A stretch of 33,737 nucleotides of DNA from Streptosporangiaceae bacterium. GTDB taxonomy: Bacteria; Actinomycetota; Actinomycetes; Streptosporangiales; Streptosporangiaceae. The DNA is taken from positions 1-33,737 of the forward strand of contig DASWAH010000281.1 of NCBI GenBank assembly GCA_036391235.1, in the 5' to 3' direction. Of the stretch, positions 26,012 to 33,737 are shown piece after piece (within the stretch, counting starts at the first letter, position 1; each line of letters begins with the position of its first letter). A program made the position numbers and the translations under genes. The notes below the pieces were generated by a model that did not search any database, was not told the DNA's origin, and saw only the letters and a list, made by a program, of their open reading frames with translations.

Positions 26012-26484
26012 TCCTGCTCTCCTGTCCCGCCGCTCACGGTGCGGCGCATCACCAGGGCGTCCGTGCCCGAGGGCTGGTAGTAGCCCTTCCTGATCCCGAC
26101 CTCAGCGAACGCGTGCCGCCGGTACAGATCCTGGGCTCGGGTATTGTCGGTGCGAACCTCGAGGAAGACCTCGGTGCAGCCGCGCCGGCCGGCTTCGGCC
26201 AGCAGCGCCCGCAGCAGCATCGTGCCGATGCCCTCGCCCCAGCGATCGGTGGCGACGGCCAGTGTGAGGACGTCGCCCTGCCAGCCCGCGCCCAGCAGGC
26301 CAGCGTAGCCAGCGATGCCGGAATCGTCCTCGGCCACCAGGTAGTAGCGGCTGGCCGGCTGCTGGGCCAGCTCGCCCGCCAGCATCGCCCGGCTCCAGGC
26401 CTCCTCCGGCCCGAACACCGACACCTCGAGGTCCGCCACCGCGTCCAGGTCGGCCGGCGTCATCGGGCGCAGCCGCACGCTCAT
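26008..26484 (-). CDS. rimI: Ribosomal-protein-alanine N-acetyltransferase (GNAT)
   Basis: 158 aa. It has the GNAT acetyl-CoA loop in the [19 protein letters not shown] segment (R-x-x-G-x-G) and the conserved position between tsaB and tsaD. Confidence 0.85.
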   Translation of the reverse strand: MSVRLRPMTPADLDAVADLEVSVFGPEEAWSRAMLAGELAQQPASRYYLVAEDDSGIAGYAGLLGAGWQGDVLTLAVATDRWGEGIGTMLLRALLAEAGRRGCTEVFLEVRTDNTRAQDLYRRHAFAEVGIRKGYYQPSGTDALVMRRTVSGGTGEQE

Positions 26485-26494
26485 CTGACCGCGC

Positions 26495-27151
26495 TCACGG
26501 TGTCACCCGCTTCGGCGGGCCGGGCTCTTTGGCGTCGGGCCTGCGCAGGTACAAGGCGTCAGAAGAACCAGGCGGAACTCCCCGCCGTAGCTTCCCGGCC
26601 GCGATCCCGGCCAGCTCGACGGCCGACGGGAACCTGGGTCCGATCAGCTCGCCGCGCGCGGCCAGCTCGGCGTGCAGCCGGGGGCCCTCGCCCGCGATCG
26701 GCTGTCCGGGCGGCAGCTCGGCGGGCAGGCTGACCTGTGGTTCTCCGAGCCGCTCGCCATTGGCGGTGTACCGGGCCCAGTAGACCTCGCGCCGCCGGGC
26801 GTCGGTGGCGACCAGGAACGGCCGGCCGCCGGCTTCGTGCCGCGCCTGGGCCGCGATGATGTCCAGCGTGCACTCCCCGTCGACGTCGATGCCGAGCGCG
26901 CTGCCCATCGCCCGCGCGGTGACCAGCCCGGCCCGCAGGCCGGTGTAGGGCCCGGGCCCGGTGCCGACCGCGATCAAGGTCAGGCCGGCCGGGGTCGCCC
27001 CGGCCTTGCTGAGCACGCGGGCGATCGACGGGGCCAGCAGCTCGCCGTGGCGGCGGGCGTCGACGGCGGACTCCTGCGCGACGATGCCGGAGTCGTCGTG
27101 CAGCGCGACGGTCACGGCCGGCGTCGCGGTGTCGAAAGCGAGGATCAGCAC
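26495..27151 (-). CDS. tsaB: tRNA threonylcarbamoyladenosine biosynthesis protein TsaB
   Basis: 218 aa. It has the N-terminal motifs MLILAFDTATPAVTVAL and GTGPGPYTGLRAG, typical of the M22-like TsaB. Confidence 0.85.
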   Translation of the reverse strand: MLILAFDTATPAVTVALHDDSGIVAQESAVDARRHGELLAPSIARVLSKAGATPAGLTLIAVGTGPGPYTGLRAGLVTARAMGSALGIDVDGECTLDIIAAQARHEAGGRPFLVATDARRREVYWARYTANGERLGEPQVSLPAELPPGQPIAGEGPRLHAELAARGELIGPRFPSAVELAGIAAGKLRRGVPPGSSDALYLRRPDAKEPGPPKRVTP

Positions 27152-27229
27152 GGTCTCACAGCGTAGTCACCCGGCGACCCCGCCCGCGCCAGCCGACCGG
27201 CGGGTTCGGCCCGGCTCGTTCGCCGGCGC

Positions 27230-28867
27230 CTAGACCGTGGGCTGCCGTTTGACGGCCGCGAGCGCGGCCCTGGCCGCGGTCAGGGCGGCCCCGCGCAGGT
27301 CGGCGACCGGAACCGGGCCGAACCCGCCGCTCTCCTGCGCCTGAGCCTGCACCGTGATCTGCACGTTGCGGTACCTGACCAGCACCGTCGCGCGCTCGGT
27401 GACGACGTGGCCGCGAGACTTCTGCACGGCGCTAAAGGCCTGGTCGCCCAGGCCGCTGATCGCCGTGATCCTGGCCGCGGGCCAGATCGAGTGCGTCGGC
27501 GGCCGCAGGATCCCCAGCCTGGCCTGGCCGAAGTTCCAGGCCGCGTTGGCGGTGGCGCTGCCGTCGCCGGTCGGAACGGCCAGGCTCGGCGCGAACGCCT
27601 GCTCCTGGATCTGCAGGATCCGGAACACCGGCTTGGCGTCCACAGTGAACGTGCACTCGCCCTGGCCGCCGACCGGCACGACCTTCGGTGTCCCGGCCAT
27701 GACCTGGTGCAGGGTCGTGGCGGTCAGCACCTTGCAGGCCGGCGGCACGGCGCGGATCTCGCCCTTCTGCCAGGCGGTGACGTAGCTGTGGGCCTTCTTG
27801 GCCGGCGAACTGGTCAGGTACACGATGCCGACGACCAGCCCGGCGATCACCACGGCGGTGCCGCCCCAGGTCACCAGCCGGCGCTGCCAACGCCGCCGTC
27901 GCGCCGCGGCGGCCCGGCTGCGGCCGGGGCGGCGGAGACGCCGGCCTGGTGCGGGCTCGCCGTCGCCGATCCCGTCGTCCTCGGCTTCGGCCTCGACATC
28001 GGTGGCGATGTCGTGGTCCTGATGGCCGCCTGGCCGGCTCCGCCGTCCAGGCGGCCCAGACGGCGCGGTCCGGGCCGGCCCTGCGTACTGCCCAGGCTCC
28101 GCGAGTCCGCCCGGTTCGCCGTAGTCGTCGGCCTCGCCGTACCCCCCGGCCGGGGCGTAGCCGCGCGGCTCGCTGACGTCCGCTGGTCCGCCGTACTCCC
28201 CAGGGCGCGCGTAACCGCGCTGGCCGGTGTACTCGCCGGACCGGCCGGACACCGCCGGTCCCGCGGCATACCGGCCTGGCTCGCCGTACTGGTCAGGCTC
28301 GGCGTGACTGCCGGGCCGGCCGTAATTCCCGGTCTCGCGGCGGCGGCCAGGCCGCGGCGCGGGACGCCGTTCGTAGCCGCCGAAGTCGCCGTAACCGGCC
28401 GCGTCATCCGGTGCCGGGCGACCGGGTCCGCCATACCGGGGGTCGCGGGGCTCGTCGTAGCCGGGAGGCCGGCTGTAGCCGGGCGGCTCCGAATAGCCGG
28501 CCGGGTCGCCGTACGGGTCGGGCTCGCGCCGCCGCCTCCCCGGCCGGCCCGCTCCCGGCTCAGGCTCCGCTTCGTAGCGGCCGGGGCCAGGCCGCCCAGA
28601 GCCGGGCCGGCCGAAGGCACGGTCACCCGGCCAGTCGCGCTCGTCGGCCGGCCGCGCGGCCGGCCTCCTGGGCGGACGGCGGGGCGCCCGGTTCGGCGCG
28701 ATGCCGCCAGGCACGGCCCACGGCGGCAGCTCGGTGTCGGTGTCAGCGGCCTCGTCGAACGCGTCCAGTGTCTGCCACCCGGTCCGGCGAGGCTCCCGTC
28801 CGCTTCTCGGCCGGCCCGGTCGATCGGGGTGATCAGGCTGGCGAGGCGGGTAGCCCGGCTCAGTCAC
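27230..28867 (-). CDS. Hypothetical single-pass membrane protein: Gly/Tyr/Pro/Arg-rich disordered N-terminus, one TM helix, two-Cys extracytoplasmic domain
   Basis: GTG 28867 lies 6 nt after AGGAGG. GC3 is high in this frame. About 335 aa of low-complexity sequence holds 17 Tyr, nearly all next to Gly. It is followed by an Arg cluster, the TM helix WGGTAVVIAGLVVGIVYL, and a 190-aa globular-looking C-terminal domain with 2 Cys. Confidence 0.75.
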   Translation of the reverse strand: MTEPGYPPRQPDHPDRPGRPRSGREPRRTGWQTLDAFDEAADTDTELPPWAVPGGIAPNRAPRRPPRRPAARPADERDWPGDRAFGRPGSGRPGPGRYEAEPEPGAGRPGRRRREPDPYGDPAGYSEPPGYSRPPGYDEPRDPRYGGPGRPAPDDAAGYGDFGGYERRPAPRPGRRRETGNYGRPGSHAEPDQYGEPGRYAAGPAVSGRSGEYTGQRGYARPGEYGGPADVSEPRGYAPAGGYGEADDYGEPGGLAEPGQYAGPARTAPSGPPGRRSRPGGHQDHDIATDVEAEAEDDGIGDGEPAPGRRLRRPGRSRAAAARRRRWQRRLVTWGGTAVVIAGLVVGIVYLTSSPAKKAHSYVTAWQKGEIRAVPPACKVLTATTLHQVMAGTPKVVPVGGQGECTFTVDAKPVFRILQIQEQAFAPSLAVPTGDGSATANAAWNFGQARLGILRPPTHSIWPAARITAISGLGDQAFSAVQKSRGHVVTERATVLVRYRNVQITVQAQAQESGGFGPVPVADLRGAALTAARAALAAVKRQPTV

Positions 28868-29019
28868 GGCGCGCCTCCTGGGGCATCAGGCCGTGCGAGA
28901 ACGGCGGCACAGGGGTGGTGTGAACTTCCAGGAGTGTAGCCGCGCAGACCGCCGGCCGGGGCGACAGACCGGAACAATCGTTACGCACAGACAACGTCCG
29001 CCCTGCACAGGTGCTGGCG

Positions 29020-29610
29020 TTAGTTCGGCGCGAGGGCGCCGGCGAGAGGGGCCGCGTGGCCGGTCCAGCGGTCGCCGTACGCGGTCAGCGTGACGGTCCT
29101 GGGCTGGTCGCCGGTCCCGTCGCTATCGTCGCCGTCGCCGGGGTCGCCGCCGTCGGCCGGGGAATCACCGGCCGGCGCCGCGGCCGCGGCCGGACGGCCG
29201 ATGTCCACCAGCAGATGGGCCGCGGCCAGGTTCTCGACCAGGCCCTCGCCCCACTCCACCACGGTGACCGAGTGGTCGAGATCGGCGTCCAGGTCCAGGT
29301 CGTCGACCTCGATCCGGCTGCCCAGCCGGTACGCGTCGGCGTGCACCAGGTCGGGACCGCCACGCAGGGACGGGTGCACCCGGGCGATCACGAAGGTCGG
29401 CGAGGTGATCGGCCCCCGCACCCCGAGACCGGTGCCGATGCCCTGCACCAGCGTCGTCTTTCCGGCCCCGAGCGGCCCGGCCAGCACGACCAGGTCGCCG
29501 GGCCTCAGCAGCCCGGCGAGCCGGGCGCCGAACGCCCGCATCTGCGCCGCTCCCGCCACCTCGGCCCTGGCTGTCACGGCCAGATTGCCGGCGGCGGGCG
29601 GCTCAGCCAT
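29020..29610 (-). CDS. tsaE: tRNA threonylcarbamoyladenosine biosynthesis ATPase TsaE
   Basis: It has the P-loop LAGPLGAGKTT and the motifs SPTFVIARVH and HADAYRL. An acidic insertion lies near the C-terminus. The start overlaps the upstream gene by 8 nt. Confidence 0.85.
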   Translation of the reverse strand: MAEPPAAGNLAVTARAEVAGAAQMRAFGARLAGLLRPGDLVVLAGPLGAGKTTLVQGIGTGLGVRGPITSPTFVIARVHPSLRGGPDLVHADAYRLGSRIEVDDLDLDADLDHSVTVVEWGEGLVENLAAAHLLVDIGRPAAAAAPAGDSPADGGDPGDGDDSDGTGDQPRTVTLTAYGDRWTGHAAPLAGALAPN

Positions 29611-30673
29611 TGGCGGCCCTGATCGCCAGCGCCTGGGTCACCAGGTCGGCGATGGCCTCGTTGACCTCGTCCGGGCGCTCCAGGATGACCACGTGACCGG
29701 CTCCGTTGATCTTGATCAGCTTCGCGTCCCTGATCGCCGACGCGATCTGCTCGGATAGCGCCGGGTCCACTAGCCGGTCCCGCGTCCCGGTCAGCACCAG
29801 CACGGGGACCTTGCCGAGCACCTTGAGCGCGTGCCTCTTCTCGTGCCCGACCAGGGCGACGTAGAAGTCCGCGATGACGTCGATCGGGGTGGCCCTGATC
29901 ACGCGTTCGAGGAAATCCACCAGCGTCGGGCTGACGTGCGGATCCCCGAACGCGATCCGGCGGGTACCGAGGAATGCGATGTCGCTGGCCGACTGCCGGC
30001 TGCGTTCGACCACGGCGGCCATCCGGCCCTTGGACGCCCCCGTCATCATCGAGGGCATCGCGGCCCGCACCGCGGGCCGCAGCGGGGCGGGCAGCCAGGT
30101 CGCGGGGTCGACGGTGCCGGCCGCGGTCGAGATCAGCACCGCTCCGATCACCTTGGTGCCGATCAGCTCGGGATGCTGGTCCGCGAGCGCCATCACGGTC
30201 ATGCCGCCCATGGAGTGCCCGACCAGCACTACCGGGGTGTCGCCGGGCGTCGTGGCCATCATGACCTCATGCAGGTCGGCCCCGAGCTGGTCGATGCTGA
30301 CCAGTTCTGGATCGGACAGGCCGGACCGCCCGTGGCTGCGCTGGTCCCAGAACACCAGCCTGGCGCCGTTCTCCAGGCCGGCCCGCTGGTAGTACCAGAC
30401 GTCCTGGTTGAGCGTGTACCCGTGACAGAAGATGATCGTCACCGGGGCGTCGGCCTTGCCACTGATCTCGACGTGCAGCGGCAGGCCGTCGTCGGCCGTC
30501 ACCGTCATCGGCTCGCCGCGGATGTCGCCGAACGGCTCGCCCGCGGACGGGTCTGGCCGCAGCCTGATCCGGCCGACCGCGATCTTCTCGGCCATCACCA
30601 CGGCACCGGCCCCGGCGGCGACCGCGCCGGCCGCGATCCCCGTGATTCCCGTGAGCTTGCGCCAGCTGACCAT
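29603..30673 (-). CDS. Alpha/beta-fold hydrolase with an N-terminal hydrophobic anchor
   Basis: ATG 30673 follows GGAGG. It has the oxyanion-region motif FCHGYT and the nucleophile elbow GHSMGG. An alternative start is ATG 30595, in a UGAUG overlap with the alr stop. Confidence 0.8.
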   Translation of the reverse strand: MVSWRKLTGITGIAAGAVAAGAGAVVMAEKIAVGRIRLRPDPSAGEPFGDIRGEPMTVTADDGLPLHVEISGKADAPVTIIFCHGYTLNQDVWYYQRAGLENGARLVFWDQRSHGRSGLSDPELVSIDQLGADLHEVMMATTPGDTPVVLVGHSMGGMTVMALADQHPELIGTKVIGAVLISTAAGTVDPATWLPAPLRPAVRAAMPSMMTGASKGRMAAVVERSRQSASDIAFLGTRRIAFGDPHVSPTLVDFLERVIRATPIDVIADFYVALVGHEKRHALKVLGKVPVLVLTGTRDRLVDPALSEQIASAIRDAKLIKINGAGHVVILERPDEVNEAIADLVTQALAIRAANG

Positions 30674-31887
30674 AAGACCTCCTGCCCGCCGACGTGCGCC
30701 ACCCCAGCGTGGCTGCCCGCGTCCCGGGCACCGGCTTCGCCCTGCGGCGCGGCCGTGGCCTCCTGCCCGGTTACTCCAGAGTAGCTTCTCGGGATCTTCG
30801 CCGTAAAACGCGTGACGATGTCGTAGGACAGGGTGCCGAGCAGGTCGGCCCATTCCTGGGCGGTCGGCTCGCCACGGTCGCCAGGACCGAACAGCACGAC
30901 CTCGTCGCCGGCTCGCACCGGCAGCGGGCCGGCATCGACCACGCACTGGTTCATGCACACGGTGCCCGCGATCGTCAGCCGCCGCCCGCGCACGAAGACC
31001 GGCGCGGTGTTGGTGCCGGCCCGCGGTATCCCCTCGTGGTAGCCGAGCGGGATCAACCCGAGCGTCGTCGGCGCGCTGGTCAGGTACCGGTGACCGTAGG
31101 ACACCCCGGTGCCGGCCGGGACCTGCTTGACCTGCACCAGGTGCGTCCGCACGGTCATCGCGGGCCGCAGCCAGCCCGGCGGCCCGCCGGGCAGCGTGCA
31201 CAGGCCGGTCACCCCGCCGCCCGGGCGGACCAGGTCGAACCAGGTATCGGGCCTGGTGAGCAGGGCCGGGGTGTTGGCCAGGTGCCGGACCACCGGACGA
31301 GCGCCGGCCCGCTCGGCGATCGCCAGCGCCGCTCCGAACGCCTCGAGCTGGGCGTCGACCGACGGATGCCCGGGGATGTCGGCGCAGGCCAGGTGCGACC
31401 AGATGCCGGTGATCTCGCACCGGCCCTCAGCCTGCTCGGCCAGCGCGGCGGCGACCACCTCGGGCCACAGGGCCATCGGAGCGCCGCCGCGGCTCATGCC
31501 GGTGTCGGCCTTCAGGTGCAGCCGGGCCGGCCGGCCGGCCGCGATCGCGGCCTGGCCGATCTGGCGGACCAGGCTCGGCGTGCCCGCGCTCAGGTCCACC
31601 CCGGCCGCGATCGCGGCCCGGTGCGGTGCGTCAGGGGCGGCGAGCAGGCAAAGTACGGGCGCGGTCACCCCGGCCGCGCGCAGCGCCAGCGCCTCCTCGA
31701 CGTGACCGACCGCGAGCCAGGTCGCGCCCCCGGCCAGGGCGGCTCTGGCCGTCGGGAGCTGCCCGTGGCCGTACCCGTCCGACTTGACCACGGCCATCAC
31801 CTGAGCAGATCCGACATGCCGGTCCATCGCGGCCACGTTGGCCTCGATGGCGGCCAGGTCGATGATCGCTTCCGACTGCCCGTCCAT
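30595..31887 (-). CDS. alr: Alanine racemase
   Basis: It has the PLP-lysine motif AVVKSDGYGHG and a conserved C-terminal ...IPRSY. The frame then stays open for about 65 more low-complexity codons into the next gene. Confidence 0.9.
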   Translation of the reverse strand: MDGQSEAIIDLAAIEANVAAMDRHVGSAQVMAVVKSDGYGHGQLPTARAALAGGATWLAVGHVEEALALRAAGVTAPVLCLLAAPDAPHRAAIAAGVDLSAGTPSLVRQIGQAAIAAGRPARLHLKADTGMSRGGAPMALWPEVVAAALAEQAEGRCEITGIWSHLACADIPGHPSVDAQLEAFGAALAIAERAGARPVVRHLANTPALLTRPDTWFDLVRPGGGVTGLCTLPGGPPGWLRPAMTVRTHLVQVKQVPAGTGVSYGHRYLTSAPTTLGLIPLGYHEGIPRAGTNTAPVFVRGRRLTIAGTVCMNQCVVDAGPLPVRAGDEVVLFGPGDRGEPTAQEWADLLGTLSYDIVTRFTAKIPRSYSGVTGQEATAAPQGEAGARDAGSHAGVAHVGGQEVLWSAGASSRESRGSRPARSPPGPVPW

Positions 31888-31955
31888 GGGCTCCTAGTGT
31901 GCCAGCCGCCGGCCACCGGTTCGGCGCCCTCGCCTGGTCGTGGTTAGGTACAGCC

Positions 31956-33737
31956 ATGGTCGAACTCATTCCGCGCAAGGTTCTCTTCGGCAATCCGGAA
32001 CGGGTCAGCCCGCGGCTGTCCCCCGACGGAACCAGGCTCGCCTGGATCGCCCCCTCCGGCGGCGTGCTCAACGTGTGGCTGGCACCGGTCAGCCCGCGCT
32101 CCGGCGTCGACTGGGACAAGGCCGAGGTGGTGACCGCGGACACCGATCGCGGGATCCGCACGTTCGCCTGGGCCCACGACAACCGTCATCTGCTCTACCT
32201 GCAAGACCTCGGCGGCGACGAGAACTGGCGGCTCTACGACGTCGACCTGGCCACGATGGATAGGCGCGACCTCACGCCGTTCGACAACGTGCAGACCCAG
32301 CTCGTCGCGATCGAGAAGGACTTCCCCAACGAGGTCCTGGTCGGGCTGAACAAGGACGACCCGCAGCTGCACGACGTGTACCGGCTGGACCTGACGACCG
32401 GCGAGCTGACCAAGGAAGTCGAGAACCCCGGATTCCTGGCCTGGCTGGCCGACGCCCGGATGGCCGTGCGGGGCGCGTTCGCGCCCGAGCCCGATGGCTC
32501 CATCGTCTTGATGGTCAGGGACGGCACCGACGATCCGTGGCGGCCGCTGCTGACCGTGCCGGCCGACGACGCGCTGACCACCGACCCGGTGGCGTTCAGC
32601 GCCGACGGACGCTCGCTGCTGCTGATCAGCTCGGTCGGCGCCGAGACGGCCAGGCTGACCAGGATCGACCTGGAATCCGGGGCCCAGGAGGTGCTGGCCC
32701 AGGACGCCGAGGCCGACATCAGCGGGGTCAGGATCCACCCCGACACCCGTGAGCCGCAACTGGTCGTGGTGCTCAAGGACAGGTCCGAGTACGTCGTGCT
32801 CGACCCGGCGATCAGCGCCGACGTGGCCGCGATCAGGGCCCTGCACCACGGCGACCCGAACATCGTCAGCCACGACGACGAGGACACGACCTGGCTGGTC
32901 GCGTTCACCAACGACTCGGGGCCGGTGCCGTTCTTCGCCTACGACCGGGCCAGCAAGCAGGGCAGCTTCCTGTTCGAGCATCAGCCGGCCCTGAGCCAGT
33001 ACACCCTCGCCCCGATGGAGCCGTTCGCCTTCACGGCCAGGGACGGGCTGACCATCCACGGCTACGTCACGTTCCCGCCCGACGGTCAGCGCACCGGCCT
33101 GCCGGCCGTGCTGAACGTGCATGGCGGGCCGTGGGCCAGGGACGCCTGGGGTTACGACCCCGAGGCCCAATGGCTGGCTAACCGCGGCTACCTGTGCATC
33201 CAGGTCAACTTCCGCGGCTCGACCGGGTACGGCAAGGCGTTCGTGAACGCCGGCGACCGCGAGTGGGGCGCGAAGATGCAGGACGACCTGACCGACGCGG
33301 TCGAGTACGCGATCAGCCAGGGCTGGGCCGACCCCAAGCGGGTAGCGATCTACGGCGGTTCCTACGGCGGCTACGCCGCCCTGGCCGGGGCCGCGTTCAC
33401 GCCCGAGGTCTACTGCTGCTCGGTCGACATCGTCGGCCCGTCGAACCTGAAGACGCTGATCGAGACCGTCCCGCCGTACTGGGCGCCGATGATCGCCCAG
33501 TTCCACCGGCGGGTCGGCAACCCGGAATCGGACGTCGACTTCCTGTGGTCACGCTCGCCGCTGTCCAAGGCCGACCAGATCTCGATCCCGCTGCTGATCG
33601 CCCAGGGGGCCAACGACCCCAGGGTCAAGCAGGCCGAGTCCGAGCAGATCGTCGCCGCGCTGAACAAGGCGGGCATCGACCACGAGTACATGCTGTTCCC
33701 CGACGAGGGCCACGGCTTCGCTAAGCCGGAGAACCGG
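31956..33737 (+). CDS. S9-family serine peptidase (prolyl oligopeptidase / acylaminoacyl-peptidase type), 3' end outside the window
   Basis: This gene is absent from the ORF track because no stop is reached. I read 594 codons from ATG 31956 without a stop. It has an N-terminal beta-propeller-like region, the catalytic Ser motif GGSYGG, Asp in QGANDPRV and His in DEGHGF. Confidence 0.85.
   Translation, partial: MVELIPRKVLFGNPERVSPRLSPDGTRLAWIAPSGGVLNVWLAPVSPRSGVDWDKAEVVTADTDRGIRTFAWAHDNRHLLYLQDLGGDENWRLYDVDLATMDRRDLTPFDNVQTQLVAIEKDFPNEVLVGLNKDDPQLHDVYRLDLTTGELTKEVENPGFLAWLADARMAVRGAFAPEPDGSIVLMVRDGTDDPWRPLLTVPADDALTTDPVAFSADGRSLLLISSVGAETARLTRIDLESGAQEVLAQDAEADISGVRIHPDTREPQLVVVLKDRSEYVVLDPAISADVAAIRALHHGDPNIVSHDDEDTTWLVAFTNDSGPVPFFAYDRASKQGSFLFEHQPALSQYTLAPMEPFAFTARDGLTIHGYVTFPPDGQRTGLPAVLNVHGGPWARDAWGYDPEAQWLANRGYLCIQVNFRGSTGYGKAFVNAGDREWGAKMQDDLTDAVEYAISQGWADPKRVAIYGGSYGGYAALAGAAFTPEVYCCSVDIVGPSNLKTLIETVPPYWAPMIAQFHRRVGNPESDVDFLWSRSPLSKADQISIPLLIAQGANDPRVKQAESEQIVAALNKAGIDHEYMLFPDEGHGFAKPENR

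Overview
Very GC-rich actinobacterial chromosomal core DNA. I can support 31 protein-coding genes. I found no rRNA or tRNA genes, no CRISPR array, and no transposase, integrase or phage genes.

Gene content, left to right:
- A PTS-dependent dihydroxyacetone kinase module: the 3' end of dhaL, enzyme I, a divergent IclR regulator, dhaM and HPr.
- An lpdA-like flavoprotein, a GGCT-like protein, a PH-domain membrane protein and an M20 amidohydrolase.
- An acyl-CoA mutase large subunit that lacks a B12-binding domain.
- Two tandem paralogous S11 D-Ala-D-Ala carboxypeptidases.
- A co-directional minus-strand array: guaB, guaB3, glpD, trpS and a small membrane protein.
- An RlmA-like rRNA methyltransferase convergent with an ANT/DUF4111 nucleotidyltransferase.
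- ECF sigma factor sigD, then groEL1 and groES with a CIRCE operator, then a SAM methyltransferase.
- The cluster alr, alpha/beta hydrolase, tsaE, X, tsaB, rimI, tsaD.
- An S9 peptidase that runs off the right edge.

From memory, the gene order mirrors conserved neighbourhoods in Mycobacterium (Rv3302c-06c, Rv3330-36c, Rv3409c-23c) and Streptomyces (SCO4745-71). This is therefore a housekeeping region, not an accessory island. I do not see a convincing new multi-gene system: there are no defence, toxin-antitoxin, biosynthetic-cluster or mobile-element signatures.

Four things are not explained by the gene list:
1. A 636-bp ORF-free interval between sigD and groEL1, exactly where relatives carry whiB3/whiD. 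It holds a 43 % GC nested 54-bp palindrome flanked by three families of GC-rich tandem repeats.
2. A 514-bp, GC-poorer, hairpin-dense non-coding interval between the mutase and the M20 amidohydrolase. I could not assign it to any RNA family I know.
3. A 545-aa gene inserted between tsaE and tsaB. It encodes a Gly/Tyr/Pro/Arg-rich disordered cytoplasmic region, one TM helix and a two-Cys extracytoplasmic domain.
4. Smaller oddities: both carboxypeptidase paralogs have K-I-G in place of K-T-G, sigD has no adjacent anti-sigma gene, the mutase is split, and several gene pairs overlap.

All functional calls come from reading motifs in the supplied translations. No database search was run.
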